From contig CAMCYY010000001.1 of NCBI GenBank assembly GCA_945885335.1, positions 1 through 43,276 on the forward strand: a stretch of DNA of 43,276 nucleotides, read 5' to 3'. Origin of the DNA: Bordetella parapertussis (lineage in GTDB: Bacteria; Pseudomonadota; Gammaproteobacteria; Burkholderiales; SG8-39). Position 1 is the first letter of the stretch. The number at the start of each line of letters is the position of its first letter. Shown here one piece after another: positions 1 to 9,130 of this stretch. The position numbers and the translations under genes are program-made. The notes below the pieces were generated by a model. That model worked only from the letters and a program-made list of their open reading frames with translations, ran no database searches and had not been told where the DNA came from.

Positions 1-258
1 ATCCGGCGTGCCCACCAGCGTAATGCGGCCGTTACGCTCGGCCCACTTGAAGCCGCCGTTGTTGCAAACATAGATCGCGCCATCCGGTCCCAGCGCCGCA
101 CCGTTCGGGCCGCCGCCGAGATTCGCGACAATGGACTTGCGGCCGTCGGGCCAGATGCGCGTCAGCGTGCCGCGGCGGATTTCGACCAGCACAATGCTGC
201 CATCGGGTAGCCACACCGGCCCTTCCGGAAACCACAGGTCTTCTGCGACGACTCTCAA
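1..258 (-). CDS. SMP-30/gluconolactonase/LRE-like beta-propeller protein, N-terminal part (3' end lies outside the window)
   Basis: Not in the ORF track because there is no stop in the window. The reverse strand from TTG at 256-258 (GGAGGAG at 261-267) reads LRVVAEDLWFPEGPVWLPDGSIVLVEIRRGTLTRIWPDGRKSIVANLGGGPNGAALGPDGAIYVCNNGGF. This is the EGP / GPNG / DG.IY pattern of SMP-30/gluconolactonase propellers. An in-frame TAA lies upstream at 292-294. Confidence 0.6.
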   Translation of the reverse strand, partial: MRVVAEDLWFPEGPVWLPDGSIVLVEIRRGTLTRIWPDGRKSIVANLGGGPNGAALGPDGAIYVCNNGGFKWAERNGRITLVGTPD

Positions 259-358
259 GGCTCCTCCGCAGCCGGGATGTTTCCCACGGCATTATTATCA
301 GTTCTGTTTTTTACCTAGCGACGATTGCGCTCTAAGGCGATTTTTATTATCAGATCGC

Positions 359-1279
359 TTACTGCGGCTGGTCTGCTTTTTGGGCCGTGGCCAGCAGGGT
401 GACCGGCACCGTGGCAAAGCTGGCGAAATCCTCCTGGTCGAAGGCCGTGTCGCCCCCGGCAGTCGGCACGCCGGTCGCAGCCACCGCAGCGAAGTCGAAC
501 AGCGAGCGGTCCAGCAGGTGCGAGGCATTGACGCGCCCCAGGCTGTTGAAAATATTCTCGACGCGGCCGGGGAAGCGCTTCTCCCAGTCATGCAGCATGG
601 CCTTGATCTGCTTGCGTTGCAGATTGTCCTGCGAACCGCACAGGTCGCAGGGGATGATGGGAAAGCCGCGCACCCCGGCGTAGGCCTCAAGATCGCGCTC
701 GCGCACATAGGCCATGGGGCGGATCACCACATGCTTGCCGTCATCCGAGGCAAGCTTCGGGGGCATGGACTTCAGATTGCCGGCAAAAAACAGGTTCAGG
801 AAAAACGTCTCGAGAATGTCTTCGCGATGGTGCCCGAGCGCAATCTTGTTCGCGCCCAACTCTCCCGCCACACGATACAGGATGCCGCGCCGCAGCCGCG
901 AGCACAGCGAGCACATCGTTTTCCCCTCGGGGATGACGCGCTTCACGGTGGAGTAGGTGTCCTGGCTCTCGATATGGAAGGGCACGTTCAGGGACTTCAG
1001 GTAGTCGGGCAGCACATGCTTCGGAAAGCCCGGGTGGCCCTGATCAAGATTCACTGCTACTACATCGAAGGCAATCGGCGCGCGTTCGCGCAGCTTCAGG
1101 AGCACATCGAGCATGCCGTAGCTGTCCTTGCCCCCCGACAGGCAGACCATGACGCGATCGCCGTCGGCAATCATGCCGAAGTCGCCAATGGCCTGGCCGG
1201 CCAGGCGGCACAGTCGCTTGTCCAGCTTGTTGGCTTCCAGGCGCTGCTTTTCCAGCGCTTTGTGGTCAGGTGCGTTCAT
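359..1279 (-). CDS. ttcA: tRNA 2-thiocytidine(32) synthetase TtcA
   Basis: 306-aa ORF with a PP-loop (VCLSGGKDS), cysteine pairs ([17 protein letters not shown]) and [16 protein letters not shown], as in TtcA. Confidence 0.93.
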   Translation of the reverse strand: MNAPDHKALEKQRLEANKLDKRLCRLAGQAIGDFGMIADGDRVMVCLSGGKDSYGMLDVLLKLRERAPIAFDVVAVNLDQGHPGFPKHVLPDYLKSLNVPFHIESQDTYSTVKRVIPEGKTMCSLCSRLRRGILYRVAGELGANKIALGHHREDILETFFLNLFFAGNLKSMPPKLASDDGKHVVIRPMAYVRERDLEAYAGVRGFPIIPCDLCGSQDNLQRKQIKAMLHDWEKRFPGRVENIFNSLGRVNASHLLDRSLFDFAAVAATGVPTAGGDTAFDQEDFASFATVPVTLLATAQKADQPQ

Positions 1280-1310
1280 GGGTGTGGATTATCCACCAAT
1301 CTGCAAAGAA

Positions 1311-2552
1311 TCAGTGCGCGGCGCCACTGCCCGGAATGGCAGGCGCCCGTTTCGCCACAACAAAGAAAAACAGCACCGCCAGCAACTCCAGCACGGCAAT
1401 GGTCACCGCCATGGGCAGCGCCGAGCGTGCCGGAAAGGCGCTGACAATGGCACTGGCAATGCCGGCCGTCAGAAAAGCCAGCGCGCCGATCAGCGCCGAG
1501 GCGGTGCCGGCACGATCGCCAAACGCGGCCATGCCCAGCGCCGTGGCATTCGGATTGATCAGGCCATTCGTGGCGATGCAAAAGAACAGGGGCACCAGCA
1601 ACGCGACAAAAGCCACCGTGCCCAACTCCACCGGCAACAATGCGGCCCCCGCCAGCAGCACACCGGCCAGTGCCGTGAAGCGCACGGCGGCACCCGCCAC
1701 CTGCTCGGAGGACCAGGACTTGAGCAGGCGCACATTGACCTGCGTGGCACCGACCAGCCCGATGGCGTTCAGGCCGAACAGCCAGCCGTAATGCTCAGGC
1801 GGCACGCCAAACAGCACAATGAACACGAAAGGCGAACCTGCAATGTAGGCGAACATGCCGGCCGTGGCACAGCTGCGCGTCATCGCAAAGCCGACAAAGC
1901 GGCGATGCCGCAGCACGCTGGCAAAGCCCTTCAGCCAGAACAGGATACCGGTGGGCCCCTTGCTGTGTGCCGGGCGCGTCTCCGGCAGCACCAGCAGCAC
2001 GGTCACGAAACAAGCCACGCCATACATCGCAAGGAACCAGAAAATCGCGCGCCAGCCGAACCAGGCGAGGACCTGCCCGCCGACGATGGGCGCCAGAATG
2101 GGCGCAGCGCCAAGCACCAGCATCATGCGAGACATCATCTTCGCGCCCTCCTCTGGCGGCACACTGTCGCGGATCACCGCCAGCGAAATCACCATGCCGG
2201 CACAGGCGCCCAGCGCCTGCACAAAGCGGAACACCGTCAGTGCCAGGATCGACGTGGACATGGCGCAGCCGATCGAGGCGAGCACATACAGCACCAGTCC
2301 GATCAGCATCAGTGGCCGGCGGCCGTAGCGGTCGGACAACGGGCCATGCAACAGTTGCCCACCGGCAACGCCGACAAAGAAGGAGGACAGCGTGAGCTGC
2401 ACGCGCGACGGATCCACTTCGAGGGATCGCGCCAGCTCGGGCAGCGCCGGCAGGTACATGTCCACCGCCAGCGGCATGATCGCCGTCATGGCGCCGAGGA
2501 TGCGGGCGAGGTGGGCGGATTTGAGTTGTCTGGGACTAAACATGCCTGTCAT
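1311..2552 (-). CDS. MFS drug-efflux transporter, Bcr/CflA subfamily
   Basis: 413-aa hydrophobic ORF with LAVDMYLPALP and the GPLSDRYGRRP MFS motif A. The first ATG (2550-2552) lies inside repeat A1, so the alternative ATG at 2541-2543 is equally plausible. Confidence 0.85.
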   Translation of the reverse strand: MTGMFSPRQLKSAHLARILGAMTAIMPLAVDMYLPALPELARSLEVDPSRVQLTLSSFFVGVAGGQLLHGPLSDRYGRRPLMLIGLVLYVLASIGCAMSTSILALTVFRFVQALGACAGMVISLAVIRDSVPPEEGAKMMSRMMLVLGAAPILAPIVGGQVLAWFGWRAIFWFLAMYGVACFVTVLLVLPETRPAHSKGPTGILFWLKGFASVLRHRRFVGFAMTRSCATAGMFAYIAGSPFVFIVLFGVPPEHYGWLFGLNAIGLVGATQVNVRLLKSWSSEQVAGAAVRFTALAGVLLAGAALLPVELGTVAFVALLVPLFFCIATNGLINPNATALGMAAFGDRAGTASALIGALAFLTAGIASAIVSAFPARSALPMAVTIAVLELLAVLFFFVVAKRAPAIPGSGAAH

Positions 2553-2639
2553 TCCGAGCGCAGCGAGGAATCTGCTTCTGATTCAGAATTCAAAAGCAGA
2601 TTCCTCGGCCCGCATCTTCGATTCAGTCCTCGGAATGAC
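2548..2639 (+). repeat. Family A palindromic intergenic element, copy A1
   Basis: GTCATTCCGAG...CGAGGAATCTGC-(loop)-GCAGATTCCTCG...CTCGGAATGAC. It is a long imperfect hairpin. A second copy in the opposite orientation lies at 33536-33625. Confidence 0.85.
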
Positions 2640-2658
2640 AATGGTGAAGGCCGAGCCT

Positions 2659-3417
2659 TCACAGATTGATGCTGCGCCCGCCATCCACCGCAATGATCTG
2701 CCCAGTCACGTAGGGTGCATCCGCAACCAGATACAGCACCGCGCCGGCAACATCATCGGCCTCGCCGACGCGCTTCAACACGGTGTGCGAGACGACGCGC
2801 TGGCGTGTGACTTCGTCAAACACGCTGTCGCCATCCGGCCATTGCACCGGCCCCGGTGACACGCCGTTGACGCGCACCTCGGGGCCCAGTTCACGCGCCA
2901 GGGAGCGCGTCAGGCCGGCAAGCCCGGCCTTGGCCACGCTATACACGGCAAAGTTGCGCAGCGGCCGTTCAGCGTGGATGTCCACGATGTTGACAATGCA
3001 GCCGCCGGTTTTTTTCAGTGCCGGCGCCGCCGCCTGCGACAGGAACAGCGGCACCTTGAGGTTTGTTCCGATCAGGTCTTCCCAGTCCCCCTGCGCAATA
3101 TCGCCGAAGGGCGTGGCGTAAAAGCTGGAGGCATTGTTGACCAGTCCATCCAGGCGTTCAAAACGGGCCAGCGTGTTCTTCACCAGAATAGGCAGGCCGG
3201 CAATGTGCAGCAGGTCGGCCTGCACCAGCGCCACCGAATCGGCACGCACAGCATTGAGTTCACGCTGCAGGGCCTGGGCATCGGCTTCGGCCGAGCGGTA
3301 ATGCAGCAACAGGCTAGCGCCGGCCGCATGCAGCCGGCGCGCAATTGCCGCACCGATGCGCCGCGCGGCGCCGGTGACGAGAAAGACCTTGCCTTCGAGT
3401 TTTGCGTCAGTGCTCAT
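2659..3417 (-). CDS. Short-chain dehydrogenase, pteridine reductase / FolM-like
   Basis: 252-aa ORF with the TGAARRIG dinucleotide motif, NNAS, and the YSVAKAG catalytic Y-x3-K. Confidence 0.8.
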   Translation of the reverse strand: MSTDAKLEGKVFLVTGAARRIGAAIARRLHAAGASLLLHYRSAEADAQALQRELNAVRADSVALVQADLLHIAGLPILVKNTLARFERLDGLVNNASSFYATPFGDIAQGDWEDLIGTNLKVPLFLSQAAAPALKKTGGCIVNIVDIHAERPLRNFAVYSVAKAGLAGLTRSLARELGPEVRVNGVSPGPVQWPDGDSVFDEVTRQRVVSHTVLKRVGEADDVAGAVLYLVADAPYVTGQIIAVDGGRSINL

Positions 3418-3595
3418 ATTGGATGCTTAAATACGTTGAGTACGCGGGAGATTTGCAGATTCTAACGGAATGACGGAGCATCCCGTGGATGCGCAGAACT
3501 CACTTCATGACGAACAAGGCGCCAAACCTCGTCCTTCTACAGGCTCAGGACGAACCGCAGTGGGGTGATTCCGTTCGTGGTGAGCCTGTCGAACC

Positions 3596-4801
3596 ATGGA
3601 TGGAATCACCCTGTATCCGCCACGATCCTTGGTGGACAATCACAACATGAGCTACACCGAGCTCCCCCGTCCCGATACCGATGCACTGGCCCACAGCAAT
3701 GCGGCCGCCGCGCACATCCGCGCCGCCATTGCCGCGGCGGGCGGCTGGCTGCCGTTTTCGCGTTACATGGAGCTGGCGCTGTATGCCCCGGGCTTTGGCT
3801 ATTACAGCGCCGGCGCACGCAAACTCGGCGCGGCAGGTGACTTCATCACCGCGCCGGAACTCTCGCCCCTGTTCGGCCGCGTGCTGGCACGTCAGGTCAG
3901 TGAACTGTTCCAGACACTGCCGCATGAAATCCTCGAAGTCGGCGCCGGTTCCGGCGCACTCGCCGCATCGCTGCTGGAAGAACTCGAGCGCCTGGGCAAA
4001 CTGCCTGAACGCTATCTGATCCTCGAACTGTCAGCGGACCTGAGGCAGCGCGAACGCGACACGCTGGCGGCGCGCGTGCCGCACCTGGTCGAACGCGTGG
4101 CCTGGCTGAACCGGTTGCCGCCGTCCTTCTCCGGCGTTGTGCTCGGCAATGAAGTGCTGGACGCCATGCCGGTTGAAGTATTCCGGACCACAGCAAATGG
4201 CATCGAGCAGGCCGGCGTCGCGGTCGAAGACGGCACGTTTGAGTGGTCATTCCGCCCTGCGACTGCAGCGCTCGAGTCGCTGGTTGCACCGCTCAAGCTC
4301 GCACCCGGTTATCAGAGTGAAATCGCGCTTGCTGCGCCGGCCTTCATCGCCAGCCTTGCCGCCCTCATGGAAAAGGCCGCAGCGATTTTCATCGACTACG
4401 GCTTTCCGCGCCACGAGTACTACCATCCGCAGCGCTCCAACGGCACCCTGATGTGCCACTACCGCCATCGGGCCCACGACGCCCCCTTCTTCCTGCCCGG
4501 CCTGCAGGACATCACCGCCCATGTCGATTTCAGCGCCACGGCCGCCGCAGCGGCAAACAACGGGCTCGAAGTGCTCGGCTATGCCACGCAGGCACAGTTC
4601 CTGATCAATTGCGGCATCACCGATGTTCTCAGCGAAATCGATCCGAGTGATGTGGTGCCCTATCTCGCGCAGGCCAATGCCGCGCAAAAGCTGCTGTCGC
4701 CCGCGGAAATGGGCGAGCTGTTCAAGGTCATTGCCGTGGGGCGCGGGGTGGATGCGCCACTGCGCGGTTTCAGTTCCGGCGACAAGACGCACACGCTTTA
4801 G
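3596..4801 (+). CDS. MidA/NDUFAF7-type (DUF185) SAM-dependent methyltransferase
   Basis: 401-aa ORF with YYSAG...FITAPE, VGAGSGALA and GNEVLDAMPV motifs. An alternative start at ATG 3647 has a better upstream purine tract. Confidence 0.82.
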   Translation: MDGITLYPPRSLVDNHNMSYTELPRPDTDALAHSNAAAAHIRAAIAAAGGWLPFSRYMELALYAPGFGYYSAGARKLGAAGDFITAPELSPLFGRVLARQVSELFQTLPHEILEVGAGSGALAASLLEELERLGKLPERYLILELSADLRQRERDTLAARVPHLVERVAWLNRLPPSFSGVVLGNEVLDAMPVEVFRTTANGIEQAGVAVEDGTFEWSFRPATAALESLVAPLKLAPGYQSEIALAAPAFIASLAALMEKAAAIFIDYGFPRHEYYHPQRSNGTLMCHYRHRAHDAPFFLPGLQDITAHVDFSATAAAAANNGLEVLGYATQAQFLINCGITDVLSEIDPSDVVPYLAQANAAQKLLSPAEMGELFKVIAVGRGVDAPLRGFSSGDKTHTL

Positions 4802-4810
4802 GGAGCGCAC

Positions 4811-5422
4811 ATGGACATCGCCTCCGCCGCCATCATTCTGATTCTGGTGCTGGATCCTTTCGGCAACATCCCGTTGGTGCTCGCGACACTGGGACGGGTG
4901 GAGGAAGCGCGGCGGCGCCACGTCATCCTGCGCGAATGCGCGATCGCTTACGCCGTGCTGATGGCGTTCCTGTTCCTGGGGCGACCGCTGCTGGAACTCA
5001 TGCGCCTGTCGGAAACGTCCATTGGTCTCGCCGGTGGCCTGATCCTGTTCCTGATTGCGCTGCGCATGGTGTTTCACCACCGCGACGGGCCGCTCGGCGA
5101 CGCCGACACCATGGACCCCGAAGACCGCGAGCCCTACATCGTGCCGCTCGCCATCCCGGCAATCGCCGGCCCCTCGGCGCTCGCCACCGTAATTGTCATG
5201 ACATCGCACGAACCCGGCCGCTGGCCGGAGTGGATGGCCGCAATCACGATCGCCATGGCAGTGAGCGTAACCGTGCTGCTCCTGTCTGCGCGCATCAGCC
5301 GTCTGGTCGGCAAGCGCGGCGTCAACGCCATGGAAAGACTGATGGGCCTGATCCTCACTGCAATCGCGGTTGAGATGCTGCTCAATGGCATCACGAATTA
5401 TGTGCGCAGCCTCGGACCGTAA
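4811..5422 (+). CDS. MarC family (UPF0056) integral membrane protein
   Basis: 203 aa with six hydrophobic spans and an N-terminal LDPFGNIP motif. GGAG lies 5 nt upstream, and the gene starts 9 nt after the preceding stop. Confidence 0.85.
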   Translation: MDIASAAIILILVLDPFGNIPLVLATLGRVEEARRRHVILRECAIAYAVLMAFLFLGRPLLELMRLSETSIGLAGGLILFLIALRMVFHHRDGPLGDADTMDPEDREPYIVPLAIPAIAGPSALATVIVMTSHEPGRWPEWMAAITIAMAVSVTVLLLSARISRLVGKRGVNAMERLMGLILTAIAVEMLLNGITNYVRSLGP

Positions 5423-5533
5423 TGCCCCGAACGGGAGGCCGCTGTAGACTGACGCAATGGCACACAAAAGCGGCGCACAGAATGCCGAATCGGCCATTCG
5501 GAAGCACCCGTTGAAACAACACAGGAGAGAACC

Positions 5534-6532
5534 TTGAACACCACCCGCATTACCCCCGCCGCGCGCACCAGTCAGACCGCAACTTCAATGTCACTGTCGC
5601 TGGCAATCACCCTCTTGCTCGCCGCACCGGTGCAGGCGCAGAACCAGCCCTTGCGCTTCATCGTGCCCAATGCGCCCGGCGGCCCCACCGACATCGTGGC
5701 CCGGACCGTGAGCGAAAAGCTCGCCGACCGCCTTGGCGTCCCCGTGCTCGTTGATAATCGCGCCGGCGCCACGGGCACAGTGGGCGGCGACCTCGTGGCC
5801 AAGTCCGCGCCGGACGGACGCACGCTGCTGCTGTGCTCGAGCAGCGTATTCACCTCCACGCCCATCCTCGTGCCGGAAGCACCTTACGACGGGCGCAAGG
5901 CCTTCACGCTGGTCACGAATCTGGTGTCCGTGCCCTATCTACTGCTGGTCAATCCGGCCAGCGGCCCGGGTTCGGTGAAGGAATTCATCGCACGCGCCAA
6001 GGCGAAGCCGGGCAGCATGAATTACGGCTCGGCAGGTCATGGCAGCACTTCGCATCTGGTCGGCGCGCTGTTCGGCTCCATGGCCGGCATCGACGTTGTG
6101 CACATTGCCTACAAGGGCAGCTCGCAGGCCGCCACCGACCTCATGGGCGGCCAGTTGCAATTCGCGTTCGAGGCCGTCGCCGGCGGCATCCAGTACCTCA
6201 AGGGCGGCAAGCTGAAAGCGATTGCCATAACCTCGAACAAGCGCCTTGCCGCACTGCCCGACCTGCCCACAGTCGCCGAATCCGGCATTCCCGGCTTCGA
6301 GGCCACGGTCGGACATGGCGTGTGTGTGACTGCGAAAACGCCGGCTGCCATCGTCACCCGCCTCAACCAGGACCTGGTGGCTACGCTCAAGATTCCGGAA
6401 GTGCGCGATCGGCTCGTCGGGATCGGCGCCGAAGTGGTCGGCAATACGCCCGAGGAAGCACAGGCGGCCATTCGCGCGGAGATTCCGCGCTGGGAGAAGA
6501 TTGTCAGGGAAGTGGCGGCGAAGGCAGAGTAA
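5534..6532 (+). CDS. Bug/TctC family tripartite tricarboxylate transporter substrate-binding protein
   Basis: 332 aa with a TTG start behind AGGAGA, a signal peptide ending AQAQ, then IVPNAPGGPTD and YGSAGHGSTSHL motifs shared with the other four TctC paralogs here. Confidence 0.9.
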   Translation: MNTTRITPAARTSQTATSMSLSLAITLLLAAPVQAQNQPLRFIVPNAPGGPTDIVARTVSEKLADRLGVPVLVDNRAGATGTVGGDLVAKSAPDGRTLLLCSSSVFTSTPILVPEAPYDGRKAFTLVTNLVSVPYLLLVNPASGPGSVKEFIARAKAKPGSMNYGSAGHGSTSHLVGALFGSMAGIDVVHIAYKGSSQAATDLMGGQLQFAFEAVAGGIQYLKGGKLKAIAITSNKRLAALPDLPTVAESGIPGFEATVGHGVCVTAKTPAAIVTRLNQDLVATLKIPEVRDRLVGIGAEVVGNTPEEAQAAIRAEIPRWEKIVREVAAKAE

Positions 6533-6557
6533 CCCCCTCGCGCAAATCCACACCGGC

Positions 6558-7961
6558 TCAGGGCGCGGGCCTGGCCATTCCCGCCAGCCTCGCCTCCAGG
6601 GCCTTCAGCTTTTCTCGCATCGCATTACCGATGAACATCTGCGGGTTTGAAGGCTCGTAACCTTCGGCCTTCTCCCGCGCGGTTACCGCGACCTTTGCAC
6701 GCTCGAAGGCGCCGGTGAAGGAATAGCTGCCGCTGTCAGCCTCGCCGCGCAACGCCTCGTCGAAGTAGGCCTTGCTGAACCAGGTGAAATCACTCTCCGC
6801 TTCGCAGCCGAAGGATGTGTGCGTGGCGTCGGCCGCGGTGATGACCAGCGTGTTGTCATCCTTCAGCGCCTCGATGAAGCCGCCGGAATAGCAGGCCGAG
6901 ATGACGATGACCTTCCACTTGATGCCGCTGTCGGCCAGCATGCGGGCGAGCGATGTGGGATTCACCTGACGCAGTTGCAACGGCGGAAAGTCGAAGGACA
7001 GTTCGTGCTGCGCCGAACCGTGGGTAGTGAGGAACAGCACCAGCACATCCTCGTCCACGTTCATGGTCTCGCCAAACTGCGCCAGCGACATGCGCAGATT
7101 CGACACCGACGCGATCGGCACCGCACCCAGCGTGGTCTGGTGGTTCATAAGCGCAATCGACCGCCCCTCGGCGTCGAAACGCGCCTCCATCAGCTTGCGT
7201 ACCACGGACAGTTCGCGGATGAAGGTGTCCTGCTTCGCGTCGGGCGCCACACCGAGGAAATACACATCGGCGATGCCGGGCCGCTGCGGCGTGAGCCGAT
7301 CAAGGTCGCGCCCGAGCAGGCTGCCCTGAATGTGGAAATACTCTTCCTGCAAGAGGCTGGGACCCGGCGCTTCGGCTACCTCGTCACCCACCTCGATCCA
7401 GGGTTCCGCGCGCGGCACGTAGGCCAGCAGCAGCACCATGACCACCAGTACCAGCGCCGCCCAGCCGGCGCGGCCCCGCGCCACGGGCCGCGGCAGGACC
7501 AGCACCTGCGCGCGCAGCACGCTGGCAATGGCCCATGACACATAGATCGAGTAAATGACGAGCTGAGCCATGGGCGTCTGCAGAACCCATCCGGCATCGA
7601 GCCCGATGTAGATCACACTGCCCACGATCTCGAACAACAGGTCGGTCGAGGAGAGCATCACGGCCAGCGCCGCGAACAAGGCATCGTCACGCAGCACCTT
7701 CGACACAATCAGGCAGCCCAGCAGGATTGCCGGAATGAAGGCCAGCACCTGCACCACGGACGAGGGCACGAACTCCAGCGGCAGTTCCGTTCCCATGGCG
7801 GCGCGTGCATAGCTGCCGGCGCACCAGAGGCCGAGGTTGAACAGGGCGAGCGCAGCGTAGTGATCCACGCCGACGCGGAAATCGGCAGGCGAGACCGGCA
7901 GGAACAGCGCGAGGCGAAAACCCGCAAAGAGGTTGCGGGCGAGCGATTGCAGGAGGTTCAT
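6558..7961 (-). CDS. Membrane-anchored C13 (legumain/caspase-fold) family peptidase
   Basis: 467 aa. The N-terminal half has about 6 hydrophobic spans. The C-terminal half carries FLTTHGS (His-Gly) and VIVISACYSGGF (catalytic Cys) motifs. Its start overlaps the cca stop (ATGA at 7958-7961). Confidence 0.72.
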   Translation of the reverse strand: MNLLQSLARNLFAGFRLALFLPVSPADFRVGVDHYAALALFNLGLWCAGSYARAAMGTELPLEFVPSSVVQVLAFIPAILLGCLIVSKVLRDDALFAALAVMLSSTDLLFEIVGSVIYIGLDAGWVLQTPMAQLVIYSIYVSWAIASVLRAQVLVLPRPVARGRAGWAALVLVVMVLLLAYVPRAEPWIEVGDEVAEAPGPSLLQEEYFHIQGSLLGRDLDRLTPQRPGIADVYFLGVAPDAKQDTFIRELSVVRKLMEARFDAEGRSIALMNHQTTLGAVPIASVSNLRMSLAQFGETMNVDEDVLVLFLTTHGSAQHELSFDFPPLQLRQVNPTSLARMLADSGIKWKVIVISACYSGGFIEALKDDNTLVITAADATHTSFGCEAESDFTWFSKAYFDEALRGEADSGSYSFTGAFERAKVAVTAREKAEGYEPSNPQMFIGNAMREKLKALEARLAGMARPAP

Positions 7962-9109
7962 GCCTGACCCAGTACGGCGCGGATGCGCTCGAGGCGCGCG
8001 ACGCGTATGGCCGCAGCCACGCCATCGCCCGCGCCTGTCGCGCCGGCCGCAATCTTCGCGGCATCAATGCCTGAGGCTGCCAGCAGCGCCCGTTCAATCA
8101 CAAGCCGCGGCGCGTAAGGTGCGCCGCCCTGATCACCGGCATCGGCACACTCGCAGGCATCCACCAGCGTGCGCAGTCGTTCGGGGCGGCGGAACGCGTC
8201 ACCGGCCTCAAGCAATGCAAGCTGTGCGGCCGCATCAGTGCCCGTGAGCGCGCGCAAGCTCGCCCCATGGCGCGCCGCAAGCAGCAGCGCATCGCGGCAT
8301 TCATTCGGTGCGCGCAAGCGGTCGGCCAGTGATCGTGCGGATTTCTCATCGACCGATTTGAGCGCAAAGGCGAGCAATGCAAAACGCACTTCCAGCGACT
8401 TTTCTTCGCGCGCCGCAAACAGCAGGCCATGCATCAGGCCTTGCGTGGCGGTGTTTGCGGGTGCTCCGTCTTCACCCATTGCCAGGTCAAGCTCCGGCAA
8501 CAGTTTCGGCAGCAGGCCGCAGGCTGCCAGCGCCTCGAACATGCGCTGTGGTGCCGCTTCCATCAGGCCTTTGGCAAATTCCTGCCAGACACGCTCAGCC
8601 ACCAGTGCATCGGCCTCGCCTTCGGCAACCATGCGGCGCATCAGTGCGAGGGTTTCAGGGGCAATGGCAAAACCGAAGCGCGCGGCAAAGCGCGCCACGC
8701 GAAGGATTCGCACCGGGTCCTCGACAAAGGCCGCCCCGACATGGCGCAATCGTTTCGCCTTCAGGTCGCGCTCACCCCCATGCGGGTCAATCAGTGCGCC
8801 ATGCTCGTCGCGCGCCATGGCGTTGATGGTGAGGTCGCGGCGCTCCAGATCCTGCTCCAGCGTCACGTCCGGCGCAGCATGCACCGTGAAGCCCTTGTAG
8901 CCGCGCGCCACCTTGCGCTCGGTGCGCGCCAGGGCATATTCCTCGTGGGTCTCGGGATGCAGGAACACGGGGAAGTCCTTGCCCACAGGCCGGTAGCCCA
9001 GGCGCTCCATGTCTTCTGGGGTGGCGCCGACCACGACGTAATCGCGGTCCTTGACCGGCAGGCCGAGCAGGTCGTCGCGAACCGCGCCGCCGACCGAGTA
9101 GATTTTCAC
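7958..9109 (-). CDS. cca: CCA-adding tRNA nucleotidyltransferase
   Basis: 383 aa with MKIYSVGGAVRDDLLG, DRDYVVVG, RRDLTINAMA and ILRVARFAARF, the class II nucleotidyltransferase head and neck. Confidence 0.9.
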   Translation of the reverse strand: MKIYSVGGAVRDDLLGLPVKDRDYVVVGATPEDMERLGYRPVGKDFPVFLHPETHEEYALARTERKVARGYKGFTVHAAPDVTLEQDLERRDLTINAMARDEHGALIDPHGGERDLKAKRLRHVGAAFVEDPVRILRVARFAARFGFAIAPETLALMRRMVAEGEADALVAERVWQEFAKGLMEAAPQRMFEALAACGLLPKLLPELDLAMGEDGAPANTATQGLMHGLLFAAREEKSLEVRFALLAFALKSVDEKSARSLADRLRAPNECRDALLLAARHGASLRALTGTDAAAQLALLEAGDAFRRPERLRTLVDACECADAGDQGGAPYAPRLVIERALLAASGIDAAKIAAGATGAGDGVAAAIRVARLERIRAVLGQA

Positions 9110-9130
9110 AGAGGCGTCAGTCTGCGCCGG

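Noticed and set aside
1128-2669. A long (513-aa) + strand ORF, with similar long ORFs at 131-1444, 8429-10093, 11018-12130, 13123-14448, 14105-15289, 18860-19888, 37419-38681 and 40179-41123.
   Set aside because: All lie antisense to, or out of frame with, genes that have clear family motifs. Their translations are Arg/His/Gln/Ala/Gly-rich low-complexity sequence, typical of open frames in GC-rich DNA, and they lack SD sequences.
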